Positions 1 to 9,609 of a stretch of DNA of 64,000 bases are shown here, one piece after another. Position numbers and translations under genes: made by a program. The notes beneath the pieces were generated by a model that was given only the letters and a program-made list of their open reading frames with translations, did not search any database and had not been told where the DNA came from. Origin of the DNA: an uncultured delta proteobacterium (lineage in GTDB: Bacteria; Desulfobacterota; Desulfobacteria; Desulfobacterales; QNYZ01); assembly GCA_963845145.1 (NCBI GenBank), contig CAWJQU010000002.1:96001-160000 (forward strand). Direction: 5' to 3'. Each line of letters opens with the position of its first letter. Positions within the stretch are counted from its first letter, which is position 1.

Positions 1-2093
1 AATCGATTCGATCCATTGAAAAAAAGCAGGATGACGACCCCAGCCCCGACAACCTGAGCAGTACGCGCATTCGGATTGATGATACCGGGCAAGCCCAATC
101 CCGTCACAACCGAATCTGGGCTGAAAAAGAACTGTTTATCAAGAATATCGGCATTCAGGTCAGCGAAGGTGCTTACCGAATTCTTGAGAAAGAGGGGTTT
201 TCCCACGAAATTGAAAACGCCATCACCAATATTTTAAACCAAATATTTGATAATGGTGTCGTCGCCCACAAAGAAACGCTTCTAAAAGAAGCCGATCAGG
301 GAATTGTATTAAAAGCTCTGGAGGATCAAACCGAACAAATCGTCACCAACCTGAAACAGTTTTACGGTCTGGATCAGGCCAAGGCCATGGTGAGAATCGT
401 CGGCGAGCCGCTGCTGGATAAAATGAACTATACCCTTCGCAATCTGGTGGTCGAATTTATTCAGAAACTGATTCGTCCCAACATCACCCTGAACCAAAGC
501 GACACTGCCAAGAGAAGAAAAACAATCGCCGGCCAGGTGACGCCGGTGGTGAGCCAGGTCAAAGCCGGAGAGATGATTCTCCGCGAGGGGGAACGGGTTA
601 CGCCTGACAAACTGGCGAAACTTCAGGTCCTGCAAAAGAAAAATCGATCCCGGCAATTGCTCGTCAGCGGGGGCGGCGCAGCAGCCATCATGCTCTGTTT
701 GATGCTCGCCTTATACACGTTGCATCATTACAGCAAACCCGTCAATCCGGATCGCAACCGTGACATATTCTGTCTGGCCAGTATTTTTTTAACGATCTTG
801 GTTATTTCCCGACTGGGCCCGGCGCTGTCGGATACACTGGTGGCCAATTTGCCGTACAATATCTCACCGTTGTCAATTTATTTTAATGCGCCCCTGGCCG
901 CCGGGGCTATGACCGTCTGCCTGTTGATCGGTTTGAACGTGGCCGTATCCTTTGGCCTGGTCGTCGCGATGGCCGTGGCATTTATTTTCCAGAATCGACT
1001 GGAAATTCTACTGTTTTTCTTTATCAGCGGGGCCCTGGGTGCGTACTGGGTTAAAGACTGTCGCGAGCGGACAGTATTTATCAAGGCCGGTGTCAAGGTG
1101 GGGGTATTGAATATCCTCCTCATTACAGCGATCAATGCTTATCTGCAACGCATTGAGGGGTTCAGCCTCGTGTGGGACTGGATGTTTGCCTTCGGAGGTG
1201 GCCTTTTTGCAGGTATTATCACGGCCGGGCTGGTCCCTTTTTTCGAAACCGCCTTTGGCTACGCCACCGATATTAAACTCCTGGAACTGTCCAACCTCGA
1301 CCGGCCCATTCTGCGCCGACTGATGATTGAAGCGCCGGGTACCTATCACCATTCGGTCATCGTGGGATCAATGGTGGAGGCAGCGGCGGCCGACATCGGT
1401 GCCAATCCATTGTTGGCTAAGGTCTGCGGCTATTATCACGATATCGGAAAAATCGAAAAACCCCTGTATTTTATTGAAAATCAACCGTCCAATCTTAACA
1501 AGCACGACAAACTGGCACCCTCCATGTCCAAGCGAATCCTCGTATCACACGTTAAAGAAGGGGTTCGAATCGCCAAGGAACATAAGCTCGGGCAACGCAT
1601 CACCGATACCATCATGCAACATCACGGCACCAGCGTTATTTCGTTTTTCTATGACAAAGCTAAAAATTTAAAAGGCGATCAACCCATCAGCATCGATGAT
1701 TACAGATACCCCGGGCCACGACCGCAAACCAAGGAAGCCGGCCTGGTCATGCTGGCTGATATGCTGGAAGCGGCATCCCGAACCCTAAACAATCCGACCC
1801 CGTCGCGCATCCAGGGTTTGGTGCAAAGACTGATCAACAAAGCCTTTTCGGAAGGGCAGCTTGATCAATGTGAACTGACCTTAAATGATCTGCATAATAT
1901 TGCTAAGAGTTTTAATACAATTTTAAATGGCATTCATCACCATCGGGTTGAATATCCCGATACAGCGCGGTTTGAAAATGGAAACGGAAAAAGCAACCAT
2001 CGACATCGACAATCGGCAAAGCCGGTACAACGTCTCCCTCAAAGCGATTCGAAAAATAAGCCGGAGCGCCTTAAACGCCTCGGGTTGTCCTAA
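1..2093 (+). CDS. 7TM-HD (HDIG) family metal-dependent phosphohydrolase, PgpH-like candidate c-di-AMP phosphodiesterase; 5'-truncated
   Basis: Frame is open from position 3, upstream of the ORF-track start at 387. Hydrophobic TM block followed by APGTYHHS, YYHDIGK, QHHGT, YRYPGPRPQTKE and MLAD motifs. Lies upstream of ybeY, the usual context. Confidence 0.9.
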   Translation, partial: SIRSIEKKQDDDPSPDNLSSTRIRIDDTGQAQSRHNRIWAEKELFIKNIGIQVSEGAYRILEKEGFSHEIENAITNILNQIFDNGVVAHKETLLKEADQGIVLKALEDQTEQIVTNLKQFYGLDQAKAMVRIVGEPLLDKMNYTLRNLVVEFIQKLIRPNITLNQSDTAKRRKTIAGQVTPVVSQVKAGEMILREGERVTPDKLAKLQVLQKKNRSRQLLVSGGGAAAIMLCLMLALYTLHHYSKPVNPDRNRDIFCLASIFLTILVISRLGPALSDTLVANLPYNISPLSIYFNAPLAAGAMTVCLLIGLNVAVSFGLVVAMAVAFIFQNRLEILLFFFISGALGAYWVKDCRERTVFIKAGVKVGVLNILLITAINAYLQRIEGFSLVWDWMFAFGGGLFAGIITAGLVPFFETAFGYATDIKLLELSNLDRPILRRLMIEAPGTYHHSVIVGSMVEAAAADIGANPLLAKVCGYYHDIGKIEKPLYFIENQPSNLNKHDKLAPSMSKRILVSHVKEGVRIAKEHKLGQRITDTIMQHHGTSVISFFYDKAKNLKGDQPISIDDYRYPGPRPQTKEAGLVMLADMLEAASRTLNNPTPSRIQGLVQRLINKAFSEGQLDQCELTLNDLHNIAKSFNTILNGIHHHRVEYPDTARFENGNGKSNHRHRQSAKPVQRLPQSDSKNKPERLKRLGLS

Positions 2094-2490
2094 TAGCGAA
2101 TTATCTCTGGTGCTCGTGGATGATTCCCAGATAGCCGTGATAAATAGGGACTATTTGGACCGCGAAGGCCCCACCAATGTAATCGCTTTTTCCATGCGCG
2201 AAGGGCCTTTTGAGGAAATTTCACCGGAATTGCTGGGGGATGTGGTCATATCGATCGAAACCGCCGCCGAAGAAGCCCGCAATGCCGACCTGCCCCTCAC
2301 CCTTCGGTTTTGTCAGCTTTTGGTTCATGGCCTTTTGCACCTCCTGGGCTATGACCACGAAACTTCCGGTAAAGATGCCGAACAGATGGAAAAAAAAAGC
2401 CGGGAAGTCCTTCGGGCAATCATGGCATCCAACGGATCAAATCCGGATTTTTCCAATATGATCACCGATACCCGATCCCTCACGCAATGA
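1978..2490 (+). CDS. ybeY: rRNA maturation endoribonuclease YbeY
   Basis: NRDYLDREGPTNVIAF, LGDVVIS and the HGLLHLLGYDH zinc motif. ATG 1978 chosen as the likely start. Confidence 0.93.
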   Translation: METEKATIDIDNRQSRYNVSLKAIRKISRSALNASGCPNSELSLVLVDDSQIAVINRDYLDREGPTNVIAFSMREGPFEEISPELLGDVVISIETAAEEARNADLPLTLRFCQLLVHGLLHLLGYDHETSGKDAEQMEKKSREVLRAIMASNGSNPDFSNMITDTRSLTQ

Positions 2491-2532
2491 AGACCTCAAC
2501 CACGAAACAATTACAGATCCGGATAGACTAAA

Positions 2533-3027
2533 ATGACCGCCCCATTCATCTTGACCACCAACTCCCCTGAAAAAACCCACGCCCTGGGAAAAATAGTCGG
2601 TCAGACGCTGCAAGCGGGAACCCGCATCGCCCTGACCGGCGAATTGGGCAGTGGCAAGACCGTGTTTGTTCAAGGATTGGCTAATGGGGTGGGTGTTGCG
2701 TCCGATTATTACATCACCAGCCCCACCTATACCCTGATCAACGAATACCCGGGACGGATACACCTTTACCACGTGGATCTCTATCGACTGGCCGGCGCCG
2801 ACGAGATCGAAACCATTGGCTTGACTGACATTCTTGCAAGTGATGCGGTCGTCGCCATCGAATGGGCGGGCCGTCTTCAAGAACAAGACCTTGGCGAGCA
2901 TCTTGCCGTCAGCATTCAAATATTAAACCGGGATGAACGAAAATTTACCTTGACGGCCTATGGACGATCGCATCAAATCCTGCTAAAGGAAACCGAAAAA
3001 ATTTACGGAGCGTATTCATGGGATTGA
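2533..3027 (+). CDS. tsaE: tRNA threonylcarbamoyladenosine biosynthesis ATPase TsaE
   Basis: GELGSGKT Walker A, ITSPTYTLINEY, HVDLYRL, IEW. Confidence 0.95.
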   Translation: MTAPFILTTNSPEKTHALGKIVGQTLQAGTRIALTGELGSGKTVFVQGLANGVGVASDYYITSPTYTLINEYPGRIHLYHVDLYRLAGADEIETIGLTDILASDAVVAIEWAGRLQEQDLGEHLAVSIQILNRDERKFTLTAYGRSHQILLKETEKIYGAYSWD

Positions 3028-4235
3028 TTGTTCAAAAATACGGGGGAACATCGGTGGCAAACCCCGAGCGTATTCGTCACGTCGCCACACGGGTAATAAA
3101 AACCTATTCGAGCGGCAACAATGTCGTCGTTATTTTGTCTGCCATGGCAGGCGTCACCGACCATCTGATCGATCTCGCCGGTCAGGCGGCATCGTCTCCG
3201 GTTAAACGCGAACTGGATGTATTGCTGGCCACTGGTGAGCAGACAACAGCAGCCTTGCTGGCCATGACCTTACAGGACATGAATTATCCCGCCCAATCCA
3301 TGTTGGGGCATCAAGCCCAGGTGATGACCGATCAGGATTTCGGAAATGCCCGCATCCTTGATATCGACACCAAAGCCATTGAAAAGCTGTTGGATAAAAA
3401 AACCATCGTCGTGGTCGCCGGTTTTCAAGGGGCCGATCTCCAGGGAAACATCACCACCCTCGGCCGGGGCGGCTCGGATACCTCCGCGGTGGCCATTGCC
3501 GCCGCCTTGAAAGCCGATGTTTGCGAGATTTTCACTGATGTAGATGGGGTTTATACCGCTGACCCTAATATTTGCAGTAAAGCCCGCAAAATAGATAGAA
3601 TCTCGTATGACGAAATGCTCAACATGGCCAGTCTGGGCGCCAAAGTGCTGCAGATACGGTCCGTTGGTTTCGCAAAAAAATACAATATTCCCGTGCATGT
3701 TCGGTCGTCGTTCAATGAAGAGGAGGGAACCATGGTGGTAGGTGAAGAATCCGGCATGGAAAGCTTGGTCGTTTCCGCCGTAACCCATGATAAAAATCAA
3801 TCCTGGATTACGTTGCGAAAAGTCCCCGATCAACCGGGAATAGCGGCTAAAATTTTCACGCCCTTGGCGGACAAGGGTGTCATCGTCGACATGATTATCC
3901 AAAACACCGAACCCGGCGGTCAGACGGATCTGACCTTTACCGTCCCGGAAAACGACTTTGAGATGGCCATGGAGATTGAAAAGCGCGTCGCCCAAGATAT
4001 TCGAGCTGAAGATGTGTTCGGAAAAAAAGAGATTGCAAAGGTCTCGGTTATCGGGGTTGGTATGAAAAACCATTCCGGTGTCGCCGCTACCATGTTTGCC
4101 GCGCTCGCCAGGGAAAACATAAACATAGCCATGATCAGCACGTCGGAAATCCGAATATCCTGCGTCGTAGATGAAAGATATTCCGAGCTGGCGGTACGCG
4201 TCCTTCACACAGCCTTCGGGTTGGACGCAATTTAG
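3018..4235 (+). CDS. lysC: aspartate kinase
   Basis: VQKYGGTSV, TTLGRGGSDTSAV, DVDGVYTADP and two C-terminal ACT domains. Confidence 0.96.
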   Translation: MGLIVQKYGGTSVANPERIRHVATRVIKTYSSGNNVVVILSAMAGVTDHLIDLAGQAASSPVKRELDVLLATGEQTTAALLAMTLQDMNYPAQSMLGHQAQVMTDQDFGNARILDIDTKAIEKLLDKKTIVVVAGFQGADLQGNITTLGRGGSDTSAVAIAAALKADVCEIFTDVDGVYTADPNICSKARKIDRISYDEMLNMASLGAKVLQIRSVGFAKKYNIPVHVRSSFNEEEGTMVVGEESGMESLVVSAVTHDKNQSWITLRKVPDQPGIAAKIFTPLADKGVIVDMIIQNTEPGGQTDLTFTVPENDFEMAMEIEKRVAQDIRAEDVFGKKEIAKVSVIGVGMKNHSGVAATMFAALARENINIAMISTSEIRISCVVDERYSELAVRVLHTAFGLDAI

Positions 4236-4353
4236 CCCAAACAGCGGCCAATATGTGAAACGATTCAGCCCCCGGCAATTGATCTTTGTGATCGTATTGG
4301 CCCTTGTATTGCTCTTCGCTGCGCTAATCAGGCTTTAGCCGGTTTCGAAAGTG

Positions 4354-5118
4354 TCAGGCAGGTCGGCGTTCCCGGGTCACGGCTTGGGTTTCTGCGGCGA
4401 TATGGATTTCTGAGGCAATCCGACGAACCATTTCACGGGGGTTTTCAGCTTGTTGAATGGGCCGACCGATAACAAGATAGTCGGCACCGTCTCCAATGGC
4501 CTGGCCGGGAGTGGTAATCCGCTGTTGGTCGTCCTGGGCGACATGGTTATCAACCGGCCGGATACCGGGCGTTACCGCTAAAAACCGGTGACCGAGATTC
4601 TGTTTGATCATCCTTACCTCACCACCCGAGCAGACGACCCCGGCACACCCGGCGGCCTTGGCCGCTGCCGCACGCTTTTGCACCAACTGGTTCAAGTCAT
4701 CACTGTAATCATGCCTGAAACCGGCCCGCATGAGGTCCGGACCCGATACGCTGGTTAACACGGTCACCCCGAGGACACCCACGTCGCCGGCGGCGGATAC
4801 GGCTGCTTCGAGCATCGCCTGGTTTTCACCGCAATGGACGGTGCTAAGCGTCACCCCCAGATCGGCAATCCGCTTCATGGCCTTGGAAACAGTGATGGGA
4901 ATATCGTGAAGCTTTAGATCGAGAAATACCCCGGCCTTACCATGATTTTGAATATATTGAACAATTTTTGGGCCGGTCTGTATAAAGAGCTCCAGCCCCA
5001 CCTTAAACATACCCACGCGCCCGGAGAGAATGTCGATATATTCTCTGGCCGCCTTAAATGAAGGCAGGTCCAGGGCAAAAATAATACGTTCGGCTGCTGG
5101 ATTCGTTTGGTGTGCCAT
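4354..5118 (-). CDS. pyrF: orotidine-5'-phosphate decarboxylase
   Basis: IIFALD, KVGLELF, FLDLKLHDIP, VTVLTS, TPGIRP, VIGRPI. Start at ATG 5118, abutting the rfbB stop. Confidence 0.95.
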   Translation of the reverse strand: MAHQTNPAAERIIFALDLPSFKAAREYIDILSGRVGMFKVGLELFIQTGPKIVQYIQNHGKAGVFLDLKLHDIPITVSKAMKRIADLGVTLSTVHCGENQAMLEAAVSAAGDVGVLGVTVLTSVSGPDLMRAGFRHDYSDDLNQLVQKRAAAAKAAGCAGVVCSGGEVRMIKQNLGHRFLAVTPGIRPVDNHVAQDDQQRITTPGQAIGDGADYLVIGRPIQQAENPREMVRRIASEIHIAAETQAVTRERRPA

Positions 5119-5119
5119 A

Positions 5120-6181
5120 TCAGGTTTGCCGGTATTGCTGATCAATCCATTGCTGGTATTCGCCGCTCACCACCCGATCGACCCATTGCCCATGCTCCAG
5201 GTACCATCGAACGGTTTTATCGATACCCGTTTCAAAGGTTTCAATCGGTGTCCAATCCAGTTCTTGTTCGATCTTGGTGCAATCAATCGCATAGCGAAAA
5301 TCGTGTCCGGGTCGGTCTTTGACATAAGTAATCAAGGTTTCCCGACGTCCCTGATCCAATGGATTAACCGTATCGTCCAGGATGCCACAGATCACCTTGA
5401 CGACATCGATGTTGGCTTTCTCGCAACGACCACCAACATTGTAAGTTTCGCCCCGTCGTCCATGCCGCATGATGGTCCAAATAGCCCGGCAGTGATCTTC
5501 CACGTGCAACCAATCCCGGACATTTTTACCCTCACCGTAGATAGGCAATGGCTTACCGTTATAGGCGTTCAGAATCATCAGGGGTATCAGCTTTTCAGGA
5601 AACTGGTAAGGCCCGTAATTATTGGAACAATTTGAAATCGTCACCGGCAGACCATACGTTCGGCCATACGCCCGCACGAGATGATCCGAAGCTGCTTTTG
5701 AGGCTGAATAGGGACTGCTGGGGTTATACGGTGTCGTTTCGGTAAAGGCCCCCTCCGGCCCCAGTTCACCGAAGACTTCATCGGTACTGATATGATGAAA
5801 TAATTCCAGCTGATCCTGATAACGCCGTGCCAGTTCCAGCAGCACGAAGGTCCCGTTCACATTGGTTTGAATGAATGCATCCGGCGTGACGATGGACCGA
5901 TCCACATGGGACTCGGCCGCGAAATGACAAACACCGTCGATCTTATAGTCCTCGAATACCTTGACCATGGCCGTTTCATCACGGATATCCGCTTTGACAA
6001 AATGATAGCGATGGGGTGAACTTTCCTGAAGGTCGGCCAAATTATCCGGATTACCGGCATAAGTCAGTGTATCCACATTGATAATACGGCCATTAAAATC
6101 GGAATCCAAGAGGAGGTATCGGATAAAGTTAGAACCGATAAACCCGCAACCACCGGTTACCAAAAGATTTTTCACGTTCAA
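5120..6181 (-). CDS. rfbB: dTDP-glucose 4,6-dehydratase
   Basis: VTGGCGFIGSNF, FAAESHVDRSI, STDEV, YSASKA, NNYGPYQFPEKLIP, DRPGHDFRY. TTG start preceded by an AGGAG SD. Confidence 0.95.
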   Translation of the reverse strand: MNVKNLLVTGGCGFIGSNFIRYLLLDSDFNGRIINVDTLTYAGNPDNLADLQESSPHRYHFVKADIRDETAMVKVFEDYKIDGVCHFAAESHVDRSIVTPDAFIQTNVNGTFVLLELARRYQDQLELFHHISTDEVFGELGPEGAFTETTPYNPSSPYSASKAASDHLVRAYGRTYGLPVTISNCSNNYGPYQFPEKLIPLMILNAYNGKPLPIYGEGKNVRDWLHVEDHCRAIWTIMRHGRRGETYNVGGRCEKANIDVVKVICGILDDTVNPLDQGRRETLITYVKDRPGHDFRYAIDCTKIEQELDWTPIETFETGIDKTVRWYLEHGQWVDRVVSGEYQQWIDQQYRQT

Positions 6182-6308
6182 TGCTCCTATTCATACGCGC
6201 AAGATAGGCTGCTTATAGCTCAAAATAGCGTCATCGTAAAGGATGCTCTTCAATCGAATAGCCAACGGATCCAATCGCAACCCAGCTTAGGATAAGTATA
6301 AAATTTCC

Positions 6309-6338
6309 TTGAAATATTTCCGGGTTAGGTGCTATAGT
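6309..6338 (+). promoter_or_regulatory. putative sigma70 promoter of selA
   Basis: TTGAAA-N18-TATAGT with an extended TG, in the divergent rfbB/selA gap. Confidence 0.4.
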
Positions 6339-6440
6339 TTAATGTTTATAAATGAAACTATTGCCAATGCTAGCCTGGTGCCAAGATAGCAATACACCCA
6401 ATCAGGGGATCTGACCAACCCGATCCCGGACAAAACACGA

Positions 6441-7871
6441 ATGAAGATCACGGCAAAACAACAACTCCTTCTCCGTCGCCTTCCCGGCGTTGATTCGATT
6501 TTGCTTCTGGCCGACGAAAAACCGACAGACGCTGCTATGCCTAAATCCGTGATGGTGCGAGCCGCCCGGGAAGCCGTGGCCGATTGTCGAAAAATGATTC
6601 TGGCCCAAGGCGATGACGATGTCCCAATCGATATCAACCCCCAGGCGTTGTTAAAAAGCGCCCGGCAACGGGCTAACCGGTACATGACGCTGAACTTAGG
6701 CCGGGTGATCAACGCGACCGGCGTCATTATCCACACCAATCTCGGGCGCTCTCTGCTGGCCTCAGCAGCCATCACCAATATGGCGGAGGTTGCCGCCGGT
6801 TATTCGAACCTCGAATATGATCTGACCGCCGGGAAGCGGGGATCCCGATACACCGCCGTGGAAGACATATTATGTGAAATCAGCGGCGCAGAGGCCGCTT
6901 TAGTGGTCAACAACAATGCCGGCGCCGTTTTATTGTGCCTGGCCGGTCTTGCCAAAAATCAGTCGGTTATTGTTTCCCGGGGAGAGCTGGTGGAGATCGG
7001 CGGCTCATTCCGCATCCCCGACATCATCCTCAGCAGCGGTTGCATTTTAAAAGAAGTGGGAACGACCAACCGGACCCATTTAAAGGACTATCGTCAGGCA
7101 ATTGGCGATGACACGGCCCTTATTCTTAAAGTTCACAAAAGCAATTACAGCGTAGTCGGCTTTTCGGCGGAGGTACCCACGGTGGATCTGGTCTCACTGG
7201 GGAAAGCGCATGGCATTCCGGTGGTGGAAGATCTGGGCAGCGGGACGCTCATCGATTTTTCCGCTTTCGGAATGATCAAAGAGCCGACCGTTCAGGATAC
7301 GGTCGCCTCCGGTGTGGATCTGGCCACTTTCAGCGGCGATAAACTGCTGGGGGGACCGCAGGCCGGTATCATCGTGGGTAAAAAAAGTTTTATCGACACC
7401 ATTAAACAAAACCCCCTGACCCGGGCCCTGAGAATTGACAAACTTACTCTGGCAGCCCTGGAAAGCACGCTCCACCTTTACCGGGACCCGCGCCAGGCCG
7501 TTTTTATAGTTCCCACCCTGCGGATGCTGACGATGCCCCTTCAAACCATCGAAACACGTGCCCGACGGTTGCAGGAGGCCCTTCAAAAGATCGGCGGAAC
7601 AAAGCTGAAATCTCGCGTTGTGGCGCAATCTTCTCGCGCGGGTGGTGGTTCTCTACCCCTGCAAACCCTTGAGAGTCGTTGTGTAGCGATCCAGATTGAG
7701 GGGATCTCCGCCCAGACCATAGAACGCTATTTACGTACTTTTACCTCCCCTGTGGTCGGCCGAATCGACCAGGGTCTGTTTTTGATGGATGCGCGCACAA
7801 TAAAAGATGAGGAGATTCAGGTGATTGTAACCGTTTTTCAGTCTTTGCTTCAAGGACGGCCGAATGAATAA
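6441..7871 (+). CDS. selA: L-seryl-tRNA(Sec) selenium transferase
   Basis: VINATGVIIHTNLGR, VNNNAGA, SRGELVEIGGSFRIP, EVGTTN and the PLP lysine motif FSGDKLLGGPQAG. Confidence 0.96.
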   Translation: MKITAKQQLLLRRLPGVDSILLLADEKPTDAAMPKSVMVRAAREAVADCRKMILAQGDDDVPIDINPQALLKSARQRANRYMTLNLGRVINATGVIIHTNLGRSLLASAAITNMAEVAAGYSNLEYDLTAGKRGSRYTAVEDILCEISGAEAALVVNNNAGAVLLCLAGLAKNQSVIVSRGELVEIGGSFRIPDIILSSGCILKEVGTTNRTHLKDYRQAIGDDTALILKVHKSNYSVVGFSAEVPTVDLVSLGKAHGIPVVEDLGSGTLIDFSAFGMIKEPTVQDTVASGVDLATFSGDKLLGGPQAGIIVGKKSFIDTIKQNPLTRALRIDKLTLAALESTLHLYRDPRQAVFIVPTLRMLTMPLQTIETRARRLQEALQKIGGTKLKSRVVAQSSRAGGGSLPLQTLESRCVAIQIEGISAQTIERYLRTFTSPVVGRIDQGLFLMDARTIKDEEIQVIVTVFQSLLQGRPNE

Positions 7872-9306
7872 CAATCTAATGAGCAGCCCAATGAGCAGCA
7901 AGGCTATGCCGGATCACATTCAAACCGATTGCCATGCCAGCCGGGAGTTTCTGCTAAATACACCTGCTGTGCCCGATTATCGCGTTCAACCGTTACCGCC
8001 GGATGAGAACCAGATCCATCGCCTTACCGAAGAATTTTTAACCCTGGCCACCGGCGAGACGCTGGTCAACCAGTGGCTTGAACAATTTGATCCAGCAAAA
8101 GGGTTTGGCGCCATGGTATTCCGGATAGATACGGGCAATACCAGGAAATCCGATCCCAATCCAAATCCCGGTCCCGAAGAAACCGATACCCAGGTAACCG
8201 AAATCGATGATGACCGTTTGATCCGTCTGGCCCGTATACTGAACGAAACGGCTCAAACCAGCGAGGGCTTTTGGGGTTTGATGTACAATGGGATTTTAGG
8301 CCTGTTCCTTTTAGGATCAAACCCTGAAGATTATTCCCGTGTTGCCGATAAGATCCGAACCGCCTTCAATCACACCTCAGAGGCCGGACTATCCATAGGA
8401 CTATCCATCGGGCTGGCCGTTTATCCCGATGACCATACCAATGAAGGGCAGGTCATGGGAGATGCCGTTAAAGCGCTGGACCACGCCGCCTTCCTCGGCC
8501 ACAATACCACGGTGTTCTTTGATGCCGTCAGCCTCAATATCAGCGGCGACAGGCTTTATTCCGAAGGGGATATCGAAGGCAGCATCCGGGAATTTGAGCG
8601 TGCCCTGAAGCTGGATGCCTCAAATGTCAATGTCCGTAACAGTCTGGGTGTCTGCTACGGGGTGTTAAAGGAATACAACAAGGCCCTTTCCCAATTTGAG
8701 GCGGCCATTCAGTCGGCCCCCGGCGAAGTAATGGCAATCTATAATTATGGCTTGGTGAAACTGCTGATCCATCATCCGAATCAGGCGCTGGACTACTTTC
8801 TCCAGGCCGAACGTATCCGTGGTGACATTTTCGAGGTCGTTTATCATATCGGTAAAGTTTATGTTGAACTCAACGAACCGGCAAAGGCGCTGACGTATCT
8901 GACCCGGGCGGAAACGCTGAACGCCAATACCGCCGGTGTTTACCGACTGATGGGGCGCTGCCATGCCGACCTGGGTGCCCAAGATCAGGCCATTGCCGCC
9001 TATACCCAGGCGGTTCGAATCAACCCCGACGATGCCCAGGCACTTTCGGATTTGGGTCGTCAGTACGATCTTCGTGACGAAAATCATGAAATCGCCATGC
9101 TATTTTGTGAACGCAGTACCCAGATTGATCAAAACAATGGACGCTTTCATCATCGCCTGGGCCGGTTGTATCTGAAGGCCCAAGAACCTTCCCGAGCGCT
9201 GGCATCCTTTGAAAAAGCACATGCCCTGGGGTTCGACTCCCAGATCGCCATTGATGATATCAATCGCATGTTGGCCCCAAAAATCGAAAAAGCGAGCACC
9301 ATGTAG
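7864..9306 (+). CDS. degenerate GGDEF-like domain plus TPR repeat protein
   Basis: SIGLAVYP...AVKALDHA resembles the GGDEF C-terminus but there is no GG(D/E)EF motif. Multiple TPR repeats follow. Confidence 0.7.
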   Translation: MNNNLMSSPMSSKAMPDHIQTDCHASREFLLNTPAVPDYRVQPLPPDENQIHRLTEEFLTLATGETLVNQWLEQFDPAKGFGAMVFRIDTGNTRKSDPNPNPGPEETDTQVTEIDDDRLIRLARILNETAQTSEGFWGLMYNGILGLFLLGSNPEDYSRVADKIRTAFNHTSEAGLSIGLSIGLAVYPDDHTNEGQVMGDAVKALDHAAFLGHNTTVFFDAVSLNISGDRLYSEGDIEGSIREFERALKLDASNVNVRNSLGVCYGVLKEYNKALSQFEAAIQSAPGEVMAIYNYGLVKLLIHHPNQALDYFLQAERIRGDIFEVVYHIGKVYVELNEPAKALTYLTRAETLNANTAGVYRLMGRCHADLGAQDQAIAAYTQAVRINPDDAQALSDLGRQYDLRDENHEIAMLFCERSTQIDQNNGRFHHRLGRLYLKAQEPSRALASFEKAHALGFDSQIAIDDINRMLAPKIEKASTM

Positions 9307-9375
9307 CCTCGTTAATTGCATTGAAATGATTGATCTTGATGCATAAAGTATTACCATTTAACAGGAGACTTGATT

Positions 9376-9609
9376 ATGCCCATATACGAATATCATTGCG
9401 ATGCCTGCCGGAAAGATTTCGAGCATTTGGTCTTAAGCGGCAGTGAACCTGACGCGTGCCCTCATTGCCAAAGCCCGGCGGTTTGTCGCCTCATGTCCGC
9501 CTGTGGATTCTTAAGCAAGGGCGGTGGTGGCGAAACCATGAAATCATCGGCCGGGGCGTCCGCCTGCGGCAGCTGCAGCTCCGGGAGTTGCACGAGCTGC
9601 GGGCATTAA
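9376..9609 (+). CDS. FmdB-family zinc ribbon protein
   Basis: MPIYEYHCDAC...CPHC and a Cys-rich C-terminus; AGGAG SD. Confidence 0.88.
   Translation: MPIYEYHCDACRKDFEHLVLSGSEPDACPHCQSPAVCRLMSACGFLSKGGGGETMKSSAGASACGSCSSGSCTSCGH

Noticed and set aside
3270..4208. Long antisense or alternate-frame ORFs (e.g. 312 aa opposite lysC; also 5030..5635, 16042..16734, 17741..18475, 34467..35135, 52191..52889)
   Set aside because: They shadow well-supported genes and carry no recognisable motifs.
5496..5512. parS-like sequence TCTTCCACGTGCAACC
   Set aside because: Three mismatches to the TGTTNCACGTGNAACA-type palindrome, inside rfbB. No convincing parS was seen near parAB.
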